From NCBI RefSeq assembly GCF_018350175.1, contig NC_058368.1, positions 205,842,001 to 205,906,000 on the forward strand: a stretch of DNA of 64,000 nt, read 5' to 3'. Of this stretch, positions 24,004 through 37,298 are shown in pieces. The translations under genes and the position numbers were made by a program. The stretch is from Felis catus. Lineage: Eukaryota. The stretch's first letter is position 1; each line of letters begins with the position of its first letter. The notes under the pieces were generated by a model. The model saw only the letters and a program-made list of their open reading frames with translations. It did not search any database and was not told the DNA's origin.

Positions 24004-27000
24004 TGTAGTCAATAAATTTTTGTTGTGGTTTTAATTCAGATACCATATGGTGATGGACGAACTAATACGGTGACATCAGAGATTAAAAGAGATACACAGA
24101 AATTCCAAAGATGTTAGTGAGGTAGAATCTGTAAGAGGTGACAATTGACTTGCTATAGGAAAAGGTGAGGGGAAGGAGTTGTAGGAGTCAAAAACAAACG
24201 TTTCTGGCTTGGCTCCCTCACGATGCCATTCGCTAAAGTCAGAAACACTGGACGTAGATCAAGATGTAGAGAGAGAGAAGATGACAGTTTGCTTCAGAGA
24301 TGTGGTCTTCGAGAGGTTTGTAGGATGTCTAAGTTCCAGAATGCAGTGTTTTAAACAAGAGTCCACACTGTTATTTAATGCCTTATTTATTGCCTCTAGT
24401 AAACCTCCTTAGCTGTGATGTGCATTGTCTTTAAGTCATATGAAAAAGTCTTCATACCTTCTTGCTCTTTAAAGCTTTTCACTAAGAGGATTCTCCTTCA
24501 AACAGGTCCAACTCTGGGAAGTGTGAGGTGGCGAAGGGTCTTTTTTCAAATTAACGTTTCTCATTTAGAAATCTCCTAGAAAATTACCTGAAACTTAAAA
24601 GAAATTCGCAGCTCCAAAAGAATGACTTGTTAAAAAAGGATTTGTCTCATTTTAAGCTCTCTAAACAAAGCATTTTTCAGCTGTCAAGAATTGTTCAGAT
24701 GTACGTTTGTTTTTTGCTTGAATAACACAAAGACATCTGAGTCTTAAAAGCATCAGACTTACTGGGGCAGAGTTCAGAATAGTTTGTGCAAAGGTAATTT
24801 GTGCAATGGATTGCTACCCTTATTGTTAACCAAGTGCATTAAGAAAAACAGGCAGAGATTTAAGACAAGGCTAATTATCATTCATTCGTATCTTGAGCAC
24901 TTGCTTTTGCCAGCATTTGCTAGATGTTGTCCATTCAAAGTTAAATAAGATATTGTCCTTGCCTTCGTAAACCCAGAGAGTTCCAGGAAAAATTCACAGA
25001 AAAAGTGGGTTTTGATCTAAAAATTATAATCAGTAGGAATTTGCCAGATGAATCTGGGGGAAAAATAACTCTTAAGGCAGAAGGAATACTGCATGCAAGT
25101 TGTAGGAGGTGTTTAATAGGCAAGAATGTTCGTGTTAAAAATGCACAAGGTGTTTAATGGGGTTTGAACTGAAATTCATGTGGGAGGGGACCAGATGAAG
25201 TTACCAGAAGTTTACTAGAGGTCAGACAATGGGGTGGGTCCTTTGTGTGTAAAGTCTTTCAATTGATAAGGGAAATATAATTCTTTGTTTTATGTTTTTA
25301 AAAAATACATGGATGCATTGGGAGAGCATATCTGTGGCTATAGTTCATCCTGTGACCAGTTTTATCATCAGCCAAATTCACTGATTCAAGTTCTCAGGAT
25401 CTGGCCATTCTTGGAAATCGACCATATCTGGCCTCATTAAGCCCACACAACTTAATGTTGCAGTAGGTAAATTAGATAAAAGTGACCTAGTTCTTAAATG
25501 TAATATTCACCATGAAATTTAATCTTCACCATGCCAGAATATTGCAATCATTTTGCTCCTTTTTTCAAATGTTCCCTCAAAACAATGAAACAAATGTTTC
25601 CTCAAAAACATGGCATATATTTCTCATATGTTTCAAAGCAGCAGAGTGAGGCGCGAAATTTGAGTTATATTACTTAATTGAAAAATAATATACACTTGAC
25701 TTAACATCTTAAAACCAAGATCTTTGGTCCTTAAAGTGTAATGGGCAGTAGTAACATCATTAACATTGCTTATTCATTGAATGAATGAATAAATAATTTA
25801 CTACACTGACAACAGTGAGAAACTTGGAATTTGAAAACTGGAAAGGATGTTTAGCTCTCCTTATAGCAATTTCACTTAAATATATGAAAACTGAGGGCCA
25901 CAAGTCAAAGAGCTATTTAGTAGAGTTGGTCCTAAAATTCCAGTCCTTGGGCTCTCAGGCCAGTGGCTTCTTCCCACAATATGTCTCCTGTCATCACTGA
26001 GATAATGTTTGAATTTCCTCTGTTTTGCAAGGACTCCAAGTAGGAAGGACAGTGAGAACCTCACTTTACTTGTATACATGGTATGCTCAGACCTCCCACC
26101 ACATTATGGAAATGTAATGACAGATAAAACGAAAAAGGATCCCTACTAGCCTGAAGCTCATCCTTCAGTGAAAATAGATTTTAGGGTGATGGCTAAATAA
26201 AATCACACTGATATGAAATGACAAGCTATAGGGAATGGTAAGTGGGAAAGATGTATGCTCCAACAGAAGCAGATAGCAGAGGGACCTAGTGAGTGAGTGA
26301 GTAGGGTATCTACCTTGATTTTTACATTTTCTTAAAAATCCAAGAAATCTGAAAGATGGAGCAAGTTTGCCTCAAGGAAAGTTGTGCGACAGCACTTGGG
26401 ATTTCTTTGATAGTTTATGAAACATGTCATCACCTAATTTGAAGTTTTTCCAATCTTTGCCAAAAACAATATGATAAAGGATGGTTTGGTGAATTTTGTC
26501 CAGGGTAACAACAGAGAGCAACTTTTTGCAGAGTTTACCACAACCTCAAGGTGGTGGTAAAGGCATAAAGTTGTGAAAAGTAATCCCCAGCCTCAAATTC
26601 CAAAATAATAATAAAAACACCAAGATCTAAAAAGGAATTTAACAAATATGAGATTTTGATTTGCTTATGCAATATATTGCTCAGACTTAAGAGGCAATTT
26701 TCTGGGGAAAATACTGTTGTTTATAATTACTCTACTCCACAGACCTCTGTGGGACTCTTCTTATACTAAGTCTTCTAGAATGGATACCAGGACAATTTTC
26801 TTAATCTTGTCTTTGGACAGACTTGGACCTGATTTTTCTGATTCATCTTATATGCTCAACTCACCCTTATTGTATTCCATTAAGTATGATTTAAGAAAGA
26901 TGACGTTTGTATTTGATGACTCAGCCCTCCATGGCAATGACAGTCTTTTTAATGGGATATATTTGACCCCTAAAAAAAAGATAGATTCCCACGAAAGTTC

Positions 27001-28484
27001 ATAGTATCTTCTGCATAAAGGAGATAGGACCTAAGATCCTAAGATTATTGCCCCTACTCTCATAGCTTCAGGCGGAGAAAAAGGAACAGATGGAAGAAAA
27101 GGCCAAGTGAAGAGAAAGTCTCAAAGAGAGATGGGGAGTGCAGTAGATGTGGGATCAGGTAGTGGGAACTGCAGCAAACAGACCTCTCCCGGTACCTCCT
27201 TTATGGGGTCTGCTGTGGAACTGGCTGAAACCAACACACCTCATTCATTTTCAACGAATACATGGGAGAAACTAGGAGAATGAGAGAACTGAGCCCTTCA
27301 AGAAAGGGACGTGGAGGAAAGCCTCGGCCAGGCATAGGGTGTTTCGAGCCTGGTCATTTCTGGGAGTCTCACTGTGGAAATGACCTTGAGTGTTTTAAAG
27401 CAAGGACACTCAACCAGCATGTTGCAAAACTGCACGCTGAGCTGTCAACTTTTGATCAATGTGTAAAATTTACTTTGGCTTTGTTGTGAATATAAGGAAA
27501 GCAGACAAAAAACTGCCCCCACGTTTACTACGTGAAGAAGAAAAGACGTAGCAGATACTCAGCCTAAAGGGGAATGATTTGACTTTCGAAGGCTCTTGGG
27601 ACCTTGAAATTAAAAATGTTCCATGCAGAACTACTTAAAAACTTGAACAAGAGGCGGCTGTGTGAGGCTTGTGATATCTGGCGATGCCGGGGATGGAAGA
27701 CACTTCTTGCGTGGGAAGTGTGACTGCAGTCTTCATCAGCCTCACCCGTCATGTAATCATCTGCAGACAGACACGAACTGAACAGGCTGGGCAATGCAAT
27801 GCAGAACTGGATGCAGCTCTCTACAACAAAATGGAGCAGAGCACTAAGAGAAAACAAAACAACCTCCCTGTTTCCTGGGACATTCTAAGACTTTGCCCTG
27901 GGAGTTTACAGGTACAGTTATGGGAGAAAGCAGGTAGGATAAGCACAGAGCTTGGACAGCCAAGAGAGCCGTGCTGCATTAATGCAGAGTGATTTATACT
28001 CACTGTGGTGCACGTGGTTGTATTGTAATCATTACTCGTTTAGTGCTTTTTTTAGTCAAGGGTGCAGCAAGGTATTCCATAGCATTTTAAAGTGTCAGTT
28101 GAATCTCCAAAGTACAAGAACCACTGCTTTAAACCCTTGGACTCCTTCATGTGGGGAAAGTGTGAGATGTGTTTGACAAACCCTCACCTCCAACTCTCCC
28201 CTTCCCCATGAAGCCGGATGTCCTCTGGTTGTTGCAGTTCCAACGAATGTTGATTTCTTGGGGATAATATCCTTTCATCGCATTCTGGCAGAATTTAGGG
28301 TAACAAAAAGTTAAAGAACTCCGTACACTTTTCCCAAAAAGAGTACTTGACATCTCTGAATTTGGGAGAAGTTATTTTCCTGAGAATGCAAGCCCCGCTT
28401 AAGAGCTGATTATCAAAATGACATTTTTCACCCCTACATATCACTTTGAACCCTAACTGCCTCTAATGAGTCCAGCCATCCTCA

Positions 28485-28885
28485 TTTTTAGGGTTTTATT
28501 TAAATTTCAGTTAGTTAAAAACAATGTAATATTAGTTACAGTTGTACAATGTAGTGACTCAATAATTCCATACAACATCCGGTGCTCATCACAAAGGCAC
28601 TCCTTAATCCCATCATCTATTTAATCTACCTCCCCTCTGGTAACCATCAGTTTGTTCTCTATAGTTAACAGTCTGTTTCTTGATTTGCTTCTCTCTCTCT
28701 TTTTTCCTTTGCACATTTGTTTTGCTTATTAAATTCCATATATGAGTGAAATCATATGGTATTTGTCTTCCTCTGACTTATTTCACTTCACATTATACTC
28801 TGTAGCTCCATACATGTCGTTGCAAATGGCAAGATTTCATTTGTTTTGATGGCTGAGTAATATTCCATTATATATATGTAATTCC

Positions 28886-28923
<38 letters not shown>

Positions 28924-30083
28924 ACATCTTCTTTGTCCATTCATCAGTGAACAGACATTCAGGCTATTTCCATAATTTGGCTATTGTAGATAATGCTGCT
29001 TTGAACATCAGGGTGCATGTATCCTGTTTGTATTCTTTGGGTAAATACCTAGTAGTGCAATTGCTGGATCATAGGGTAGTTCTATTTTTAACTTTTGGAG
29101 GAATCTCCATATTGTTTTCCAGAGTGACTGCAATAGTTTGCACTCCCACCAACAGTGCAAGAGGGTTCTTTTTTCTTTGCATCCTCACCAACAATTGTTG
29201 TTTCTGTGTTGTTGATTTTAGCCATTCTGACAGGTGTGAAGTGATATCTCATTGTAGTTTTGGCTAGTAGTTCCCTGATGATGAGTGATGTTGAGCATCT
29301 TTTCACGTGTCTACTGGGCATTAGTATGTCTTCTTTGGGAAAATGTCTATTTATGTCTTCTGCCCATTTTTTAATTGGATTATTTATTTTTGGGGGTGTT
29401 GCATTATATGAGTTCTTTATATAAGAACTTATATATTTTGGATACTAATCCTTCATTGGATGTGTCATTTGTAAATATCTTCTCCCATTCTGTTGGCTGC
29501 CTTTTAGTTTTGTTTCCTTTGCAGTGCAGAAGCTTTTTTTTTTTTTTTTATAAAGCCCAGTAGTTTATTTTTGCTTTTGTTTCCCTTGCCTCTGGAGACT
29601 TATCTAGAAGGAACTTGCTATAGCTGATGTCAAAGAGGTTACTGCCTATGCTCTCCTCTCGTATTGTTATGGTTTCAAGTCTCACATTTAGATCTTTTTT
29701 TTTTAATTTTTTTTTCAACGTTTATTTATTTTTGGGACAGAGAGAGACAGAGCATGAACGGGGGAGGGGCAGAGAGAGAGGGAGACACAGAATCGGAAAC
29801 AGGCTCCAGGCTCTGAGCCATCAGTCCAGAGCCCGACGCGGGGCTCGAACTCCCGGACTGCGAGATCGTGACCTGGCTGAAGTCGGATGCTTAACCGACT
29901 GTGCCACCCAGGCGCCCCACATTTAGATCTTTAACCAGTTTATTTTTGTGTTTGGTATAAGAATGTGGTCCAGTTTCATTCTTTTGCATGTTGCTGTGCA
30001 GTTTTTCCAGAACCATTTGTTGAAGAGACTTGTCTTTTGCCCATTGGATATTCTTTCCTGCTTTGTCAAAGATTAACTGACCA
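28485..30083 (-). mobile_element. 5'-truncated carnivore L1 (decayed ORF2 3' part and 3' UTR) containing a (CA)n and a nested SINE
   Basis: Minus-strand ORF pieces [14 protein letters not shown]...[13 protein letters not shown] and [14 protein letters not shown] are L1 ORF2; candidate TSD ccagccat at 28472-28479 and 30081-30088. Confidence 0.93.
29698..29917 (-). mobile_element. Young felid CAN-SINE (SINEC_Fc type) nested in L1
   Basis: Near-consensus, CpG-rich; perfect TSD cacatttagatcttt at 29683-29697 and 29918-29932. Confidence 0.96.
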
Positions 30084-30499
30084 GCCATTTTTTTAAAAAA
30101 ATAAATCTTGCTTTGGAAACAGAAGAACAAACACAAAAACAATTTTCTGGACACTTAAACAACTACTGGATAGAACTAGGGGTCTTCACCTTGCATCTGT
30201 AGAACTGGTAATGTGTTGATATGTAGAATCTTTCTCATACTTTTATACTAACAGCCATTATTTGTCGACGGGTATTGCCAACAAATCATAGTAAGGATTA
30301 GTAGGTGACATCACAATCATCTAGGAATTTTGAATTATGTTTGAGACCCTGTTGCCAGATAATTGAAACAAGTATTTAGATGTGTGATTATTTGACCTTG
30401 TTAGTTCCTACCATTTTTTACTATCCTTGGCAGACTTCCCAGGGCTCAGTACTTCTGTACTTTAAAAGTATAGAAGGCAGTTTAAAAGTCACTCTTTTT

Positions 30500-30705
30500 G
30501 GGGCGCCTGGGTGACTCAATCGGTTAAGCCTTCTGACTTCGGCTTAGGTCATGATCTCATGGTTTGTGGGTTCAAGCCCCTCATTGGGCTCTGTGCTGAC
30601 AGCTCAGAGCCTGGAGCCTGCTTCGGATCCTGTGTCTCCCTCTCCCTGCCTCTCTCCCTCTCGCACTGTTTTTTTCTCTCTCTCTCAAAAATAAACATTT
30701 TTTTA
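30500..30705 (+). mobile_element. CAN-SINE
   Basis: ggggcgcctggg head; TSD aaaagtcactctt at 30484-30496 and 30706-30718. Confidence 0.95.
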
Positions 30706-32319
30706 AAAAGTCACTCTTCTTCCTTACCAAGCACTCATGGATCAACTGAAGGTCTTGGTCTCTTCCAATGCCTTTTTCTTACTGATCCTGCATTTTAGGG
30801 ACTGCAGAGCATCTAATGTGTTCACCATCACCTCTTGTCCAATGCTGTTTGGATATAAAACAAAACAAAAACAAAACCCCTAATAATTTGCTCTATTTCT
30901 AAGTCATCATTTGATGTAATGGTAATGGAATTTCTGGAAAAAAAATCTGTTTCAAAGTTGGAAGACCTTTTGTCATTTTATTTGCAAAAGCCACTTTATT
31001 TTGTTACTTAACTAGTTAAGTTAGACAAGTAGATATTGGCATTGCAAAAGAACACCAAGAATGCCTGGATATTTTTTTTCCAGTTTCCCATACCGACTCA
31101 AAATTCTGTTCTCATTTTTCTGACATTAAATATAAAGATACAAAACATTAGTTCCTGACAGGATTTCTCAGCTATACGTGATTGCTTCTTTTTGTCTTCC
31201 CACCTATATTTTAAGATAATGCTGTGCTGGGGTCCATTTGGAACCTCTGTTAGACTATAATATCACACAAATAGTCATGCCTTTTTTTTTTAAATAGATC
31301 CAGACAGCTGCTCCCCTAACTCATTTTGGAAATGAGGCTAATACCTTACAAAGCAAAAAACACTTTACATAGAGAATCCTCTTAAGTCTTAAATAATCAT
31401 TTGTAAAAAAGTGTTTGTTTCTCCAAATACCGACGAAAGCTACTGGAGAGCATCTCTAAAAAAATCTCTCCATCTTTCCTTGGAGGAAATGGTTGGAGCA
31501 GCAATGCCTTGGAGGAGCAATGACAGGATATCCAGCATCCCTGAAAGAGTGGTGGTGTTAACAGAGATGCTGGTGTCACCATCAGGAGAGTGGGGGAAGC
31601 AAAGGGAAAGAGTGGTAAAGCCAGCAACTTTCATTGTCTTACGGATTGGTTAGCCCTTTGGGGGACCATGGTGGGTTTTTTTCCTCTCTGTCTTTTCTTT
31701 CTTGCCCCTGTTTGGTGATGCTTTGAGTAATAGTTGCCCCCACCTGATGTAGTGTTAGAACAGGGAACACCTAGGGAATCTGCAAGTCAGGGCAAGCTTG
31801 TCAGAGAGAAGATAGAGAAGCTGAAGGCCAACAGGAGTTTGAGTGGTTTCACACGTCCCCTGCTAACATCCATCATAATCAGGAACACCTCTAAGATGAT
31901 AATTGCCACATATGGCCCTGAGATGCAGACACAGGTACAATGAGCTCCCTGCCTTTAGGACCTCAAAGTCCAATGAGAAAGGTGGGCATAGCAATAAATT
32001 GTCATAGTGTAGTATGATACACCACTAATATTAAGTATGAACAACATGATGTAAGAGTTCGGAGAAGAAATCTGGCATTTTGCCTTTGAGTGAAAGGTTG
32101 CTAAAGACCTATGAAACTGATCTAGTAAGTACCGGAATAGACCAGTTCTACTGGATAGTGAGTTTTGCCAATAATGGACCAGAGACCATTTAAATAAGTA
32201 AAGAGGGGTTTTTCGTGTGTTTTTTGTTGTTGTTGGTTTTTTGTTCACTTGTTTGTTTGTTACTGTAGTGAGGTCTCTATTGGAGGTCCTAAAGTGTCCA
32301 TTTATTAAACAAGGGGATT

Positions 32320-32893
32320 CACTATGCACCTATTAGAAAGGCTAAAGTCCAAAACACTGACAACACCAAATGCCCCACCCAATGTGGAGTGACAAGAATT
32401 CTCATTCTTTCTGGGTGGGAATGCAAAATAAAACAGCTATTTTGGAAGACAGTTTGGCAATTTCTTACAAAGCTAAACCTAGTCTTACCATATGATCCAG
32501 CAACCTCACTCCTACGTCTTTATTAAAATGAGTTGAAATCTTACGTCCACACAAAAGCCTGCACATGGATGTTTATAGCAGCTTTATTCATAATTGCCAA
32601 AACTTGGCAGGAACTAAGATGTTCTTCAATAGGTGTATGGATAAACAAACCATGATACATCCATACAAGGGAACATTATTCAGTATTATAAAGAAATGGG
32701 GCATGAGAAAGCATGGAGGAAACTTAAATGCATATTGGTAGATGAAAAAACTCAGCTAAAAACGTTCTGGTAAAGGAAAATCTATGGAGACAGTTGGATG
32801 CTGGTGATGGTTGCACAGCAATATGAACGTATTTAATGACCACTGAACTGTACACTTAAAAATGGTTACAAATGTAAATTTTATGGTATGCAT

Positions 32894-32947
<54 letters not shown>

Positions 32948-33325
32948 TAGGGACAGTAAAAGACCAGTGGTTTCCAAGGGTTTAGGGGAAGGGAGGGTGG
33001 GTTGAATAGGTGGAGCACAGCATTTTTAAGGCAGTGAAACTATGGCACTGTAATGGTGGGTTTGGGACATTATGCATTCTTCAAAACCCATGAACTCTAC
33101 AGCACAAAGAATGAATCCTGTTGTAAACAGTGGACTTTAGTTAATCATGTGTCAATACTGGCTCATCAGTTGGAAAAAATGTACCACACTCAGGCAAGAT
33201 GTTAGTAAGACAAGAATCTGTATATTCATGGAGGTAGGAGAGAGTATATATATAGGAGCTCTCTGTACTTTCTGTGTACTTTTTTTGTAAACTTAAAACT
33301 TCCCTTAAAAATAGAGTCTGTTAAA
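32320..33325 (+). mobile_element. Old eutherian L1 3' end (L1MC-like) with a nested short L1 piece
   Basis: acacctattaga..., catatgatccagcaa..., ccacacaaaagcctgcacatggatgtttatagcagctttattcataattgccaaaac, and an L1MC-type 3' UTR. Confidence 0.88.
32795..32944 (+). mobile_element. About 150-bp L1MB-like 3' terminus with (CA)n tail, nested in L1MC
   Basis: ggtgatggttgcacagcaatatgaacgtatttaatgaccactgaactgtacacttaaaaatggtta...; flanked by ctatggagacagt and ctatagggacagt. Confidence 0.7.
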
Positions 33326-33955
33326 AATATCCATTTGGATAAGGCCAAATAAGTATATGGCAAAAACTCAAAACATGGTTGGCCATGAGTTGATGTCAGT
33401 TTTGATTTGAGCAAAAGAATACAAATCTGTAAAAGTTAGTGGCATTAAATCTGAAAATATACATATGCACACACACATACATGCATGTACACTCATGCAC
33501 ACAATTTAGGGGAAAAGATGATACATAATAAGTAATTGGAAACTTACCAAGATGTTTAGTTGTATGCATTAGCTATATTTTTTCTCTCACCAGTGGCTTG
33601 AGCTAAATGACAGATTGTGTTCAGAAAACAATTGTTACTTCATGAATATTCTCATTCTCTAGCCTCTCTTGTCACATTGCTATTTCAGTTATTGCCTTAG
33701 TGCATCAAAGTAGATAACATTAGATAAACCACACCCAGAGTGGCATGGATGAGAGGGAAGCACTCTGGACAGGATTAGCATAATGGGATTCCAATTTCAG
33801 CTCTGCCACCGAGTGAAGACAATACAAGGACAAGCTATTCACCCTTCCTCATGTAGTTTCTACATCTATCCAGTAAGAGGGTTGGGCTACATACTCTGAA
33901 CTCCATTCTTGCTCTCAAGTTCTTTTGTTTTGTCTGGTTAAATATAGCCAAGACA

Positions 33956-34165
33956 GGGGCGCCTGAGGTTAAGCGGCTGACTTCGGCTCAGGTCATGATC
34001 TCATGGTCCATGAGTTCGAGCCCCACGTCGAGCTCTGTGCTGACAGCTCAGAGCATGGAGCCTGCTTCTGTCTCTGTGTCTCCCTCTCTCTCTGCCCCTC
34101 CCCCATTCGTGCTCTGTCTCTCTCTGCCTTTCAAAAACGAATAAATGTTAAAAAATTTTAAAAAA
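33956..34165 (+). mobile_element. CAN-SINE with A-box deletion
   Basis: TSD aaatatagccaa(g/a)aca at 33940-33955 and 34166-34181; head reads ggggcgcctgaggttaagcg. Confidence 0.94.
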
Positions 34166-34309
34166 AAATATAGCCAAAACAAATTTGGAGAATCTCAAAG
34201 AAAACCCAAATCTGCAGAGATAATTTCATTTTGAAACAAATCTAATGTAGACTTACATCATCAATTACTATTTGGACTTTCAAAAAGAAAATATTCAAGT
34301 TGCTATCCT

Positions 34310-34610
34310 GATTACCCTGACTGAGTCAGAGTCACCCTCTTACATGCTCTTATAGAACTATTCAACTTCCTTACATATCTCTCACCACAGTTTGTAATTA
34401 CAGTATTATTTGTATGATCATCTTGTTAATGCCTGTGCACGCGTGTACACACACATACACACACACACACACACACAAACACTGAATTGTGAGCTGTGTG
34501 AGAGCAAGGAATGAATTGGTTTTATTCACTTCCCAGTGCTTAGAGCCCAGAGTAAGTGGGAAATGCATAGGTACTGAATCAATCAATAAATGAATCAATG
34601 AATGATTCAA
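34310..34610 (+). mobile_element. L2 3' end with internal (CA)n
   Basis: actgaattgtgagct...gagagcaagga...cccagtgcttag...aataaatgaatcaatgaatga. Confidence 0.6.
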
Positions 34611-36535
34611 TATATTAGTTGAGTGCAACAGCAATATAACTTTAATTTTATGAAGTAAAAGAATTATGATATTTAAAACATGATTTAGTCTGCACAAATT
34701 AGGAAGCTTTCCCTAAATGATACCAAACATAGATTGCAGAGTTGAGCTGAAAGTTTTTCAACAGAAACTTAGGAATTTTAATTTTTAGTAATCAGTGGTA
34801 ATTTCTTTTACATAAATGATCTTCTGTTAATTAATATAAGCCACAGGCATTAGCTGCATTTATGGGCTTCTTATCTAAAATAATTTCTAGGCAAATTAAT
34901 GAATTAAAATAAAGTTATAAGAGCAAATTAATCGGAACTATGCTGAACATAAAACTTATAACAAAAATAACTATTTCTTTATGTGACATAATGGAAATAG
35001 ATCTTTCCTTTAGATGCAAATATTTCTTTGCTTGATGATTTGATTATTTGGAAATGTAAAAAGTCCTACCTTTTATTTGAATAAGAGCTGAAGAAACCTG
35101 AAACTTTAATTATTGAGTCTACTCCTTCTAAAAATAAGTTGCATTTCTAGATGTTTGACTTAGTGCTTAGTCTTTTGGTCAAATACGTCAATAAAACATT
35201 GGATGGACTACCTTTTGCCTTCTTCTATCCTATACTCATGGAGATGACTTTAAATGCCAGCTTAATGCTTTCCTTTATGTCCAATTCATTATTCATGTTT
35301 TAGAAGCCCATCTGAAATCATTCCTTTTAAACATGCCCATTAATTCAGAACATCAACTTAGAAAGATTATTTCTTCAGCCCAAGATAATGGTTTTTTTTT
35401 TGGTGAATGGAGAATCGTACATGCCATTTAAAACTTAGAGCTAATATAAGATGGTGAAAATGCAATATAGTTTGTTGTTACTTATCTGAAATTGACATAG
35501 ATGCCTGAGGTGTAAGGAAGATTTTTTCTTTTCAAACAAATGAATCATCCAATTCAGTTTAATCAAGTAAATAACATAATTCATGGAAATATTTGCCCTG
35601 TGTGTAGCAAATATATGCTGAGCCTTTAGGGGAAAATTTTTTAATATGACTTAACACTGAAAAACATTTTCATTAAGATCAGAAACATGTCAGAATCCAC
35701 TATTAGTTGATGCCATTCTTTATTTTCTCACGTTCAATTATTTTGGATTTTTATTTTAATATTCTCAGTCTAGACATGTGTTACGGTTTTAAATTATTTC
35801 AATCCAGTGTTCAGGATGGAGATACACACTGAGTTTAGTGATTTTTGTGGCAGGCCAACATGGAACCACCTACCGGAGTTAGACATTTTAACTTCAGAAC
35901 TAAATTGACCATTTATTTTCGCCAAAATAAAGGTACTTACTTTGCATATAAACAAAGTTAATCTTCCTTTTGCCTTACTGTAATTCACTTTCAAAATATT
36001 CGTTGGATATTTACAGATATTTTATTTTGAGTTTGGATTGTTTTTCTGTTTACAGAAAACATTTTTGAAGCAAAACAAAGTAGATTTCAAGTAAACCTAA
36101 AATCTGTAGATTAAGTAATAAAAGATAGTGACTCCATTTGAAGGAAAAAATGTGCTTTTAATATCTGTAGTCCAATTTCCCTCATCATTGTGGTGTATTA
36201 AGTGGTCTCCATGTACCTGGAAGCCAGGTCAATGGGTGAGGATTCAGGGCAAGAAAGGCAGAGCTACGTGGGTTTAACTCTGGATCCTACAGCTACTGCG
36301 AAGTTGGAGCAGCTTTGACAACACAGGTGTGTTGACTTTGATGAGTTAATTATCATTAAGCTTTTACATGCTTCTGATGAAAAAACAATCTATACTCACA
36401 CTACTCACATTCAGGTAAGTACAGATCTGTGAAGCTGCCAATTCTCCACTTTTGAGAACATGAAGAGTTCTAGGACCCATCTAGATATCCATCATTATTT
36501 TTACTTTTATCCAGATACTGTCTTCAGATAAATGC

Positions 36536-36573
36536 AAAAAAAAACAAAAACAAAAACAAAAACAAAAACAAAA
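36536..36573. repeat. (AAAAAC)n simple repeat
   Basis: aaaaaaaaacaaaaacaaaaacaaaaacaaaaacaaaa. Confidence 0.9.
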
Positions 36574-37085
36574 GAAGCACCACTGTTTATGTTTCTTTGT
36601 ATGTGAAGCAACAATTTCAACTTACTGAAATAACTAAGTACGTTACAAAATCTTACATATTTCAGTTTGGTAATGAATCAGCTCCTTTCCTATTAGTTTG
36701 TGTTTACTTTTATGCTGCCCTTGTGAGTTTTGCTTCTGTTTTGAAAGTTTTCTACAACCGTTGCTGTTGACTTGATATATTAAACAGAAATAGAGAATGA
36801 GATGTTGAAGCTGATAATTGAATATCGACATGAAATTTACAAAGCATTCTAGGCATCTTATTTTTAGGTTCAGTAAGGCATATTTTGTGAGCCTTCATGT
36901 TAATCATCAAACTGCATTGTGACTCCAGCTCTTTGGGGCTCAGCCTTTCTGTACCATTGTTAAGGAGATCGGTGGACAAAATCAATAACATCTAACTACT
37001 GCATGAATGTTGAAATTAGGGCCATTTCCTGAGTATATGTTCAGGTTTTCTGGTTTAAACTAGAAACTTGAAGGTCTCATCTTTA

Positions 37086-37298
37086 ATTTTTTTTTCAACG
37101 TTTATTTATTTTTGGGACAGAGAGAGACAGAGCATGAACGGGCAAGGGGCAGAGAGAGAGGGAGACACAGAATCGGAAGCAGGCTCCAGGCTCTGAGCCA
37201 TCAGCCCAGAGCCTGACGCGGGGCTCGAACTCACAGACCGCGAGATGGTGACCTGGCTAAAGTCGGACGCTTAACCGACTGCGCCACCCAGGCACCCC
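37086..37298 (-). mobile_element. Young felid CAN-SINE (SINEC_Fc type)
   Basis: Near-consensus; perfect TSD aaggtctcatcttta at 37071-37085 and 37301-37315. Confidence 0.96.
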
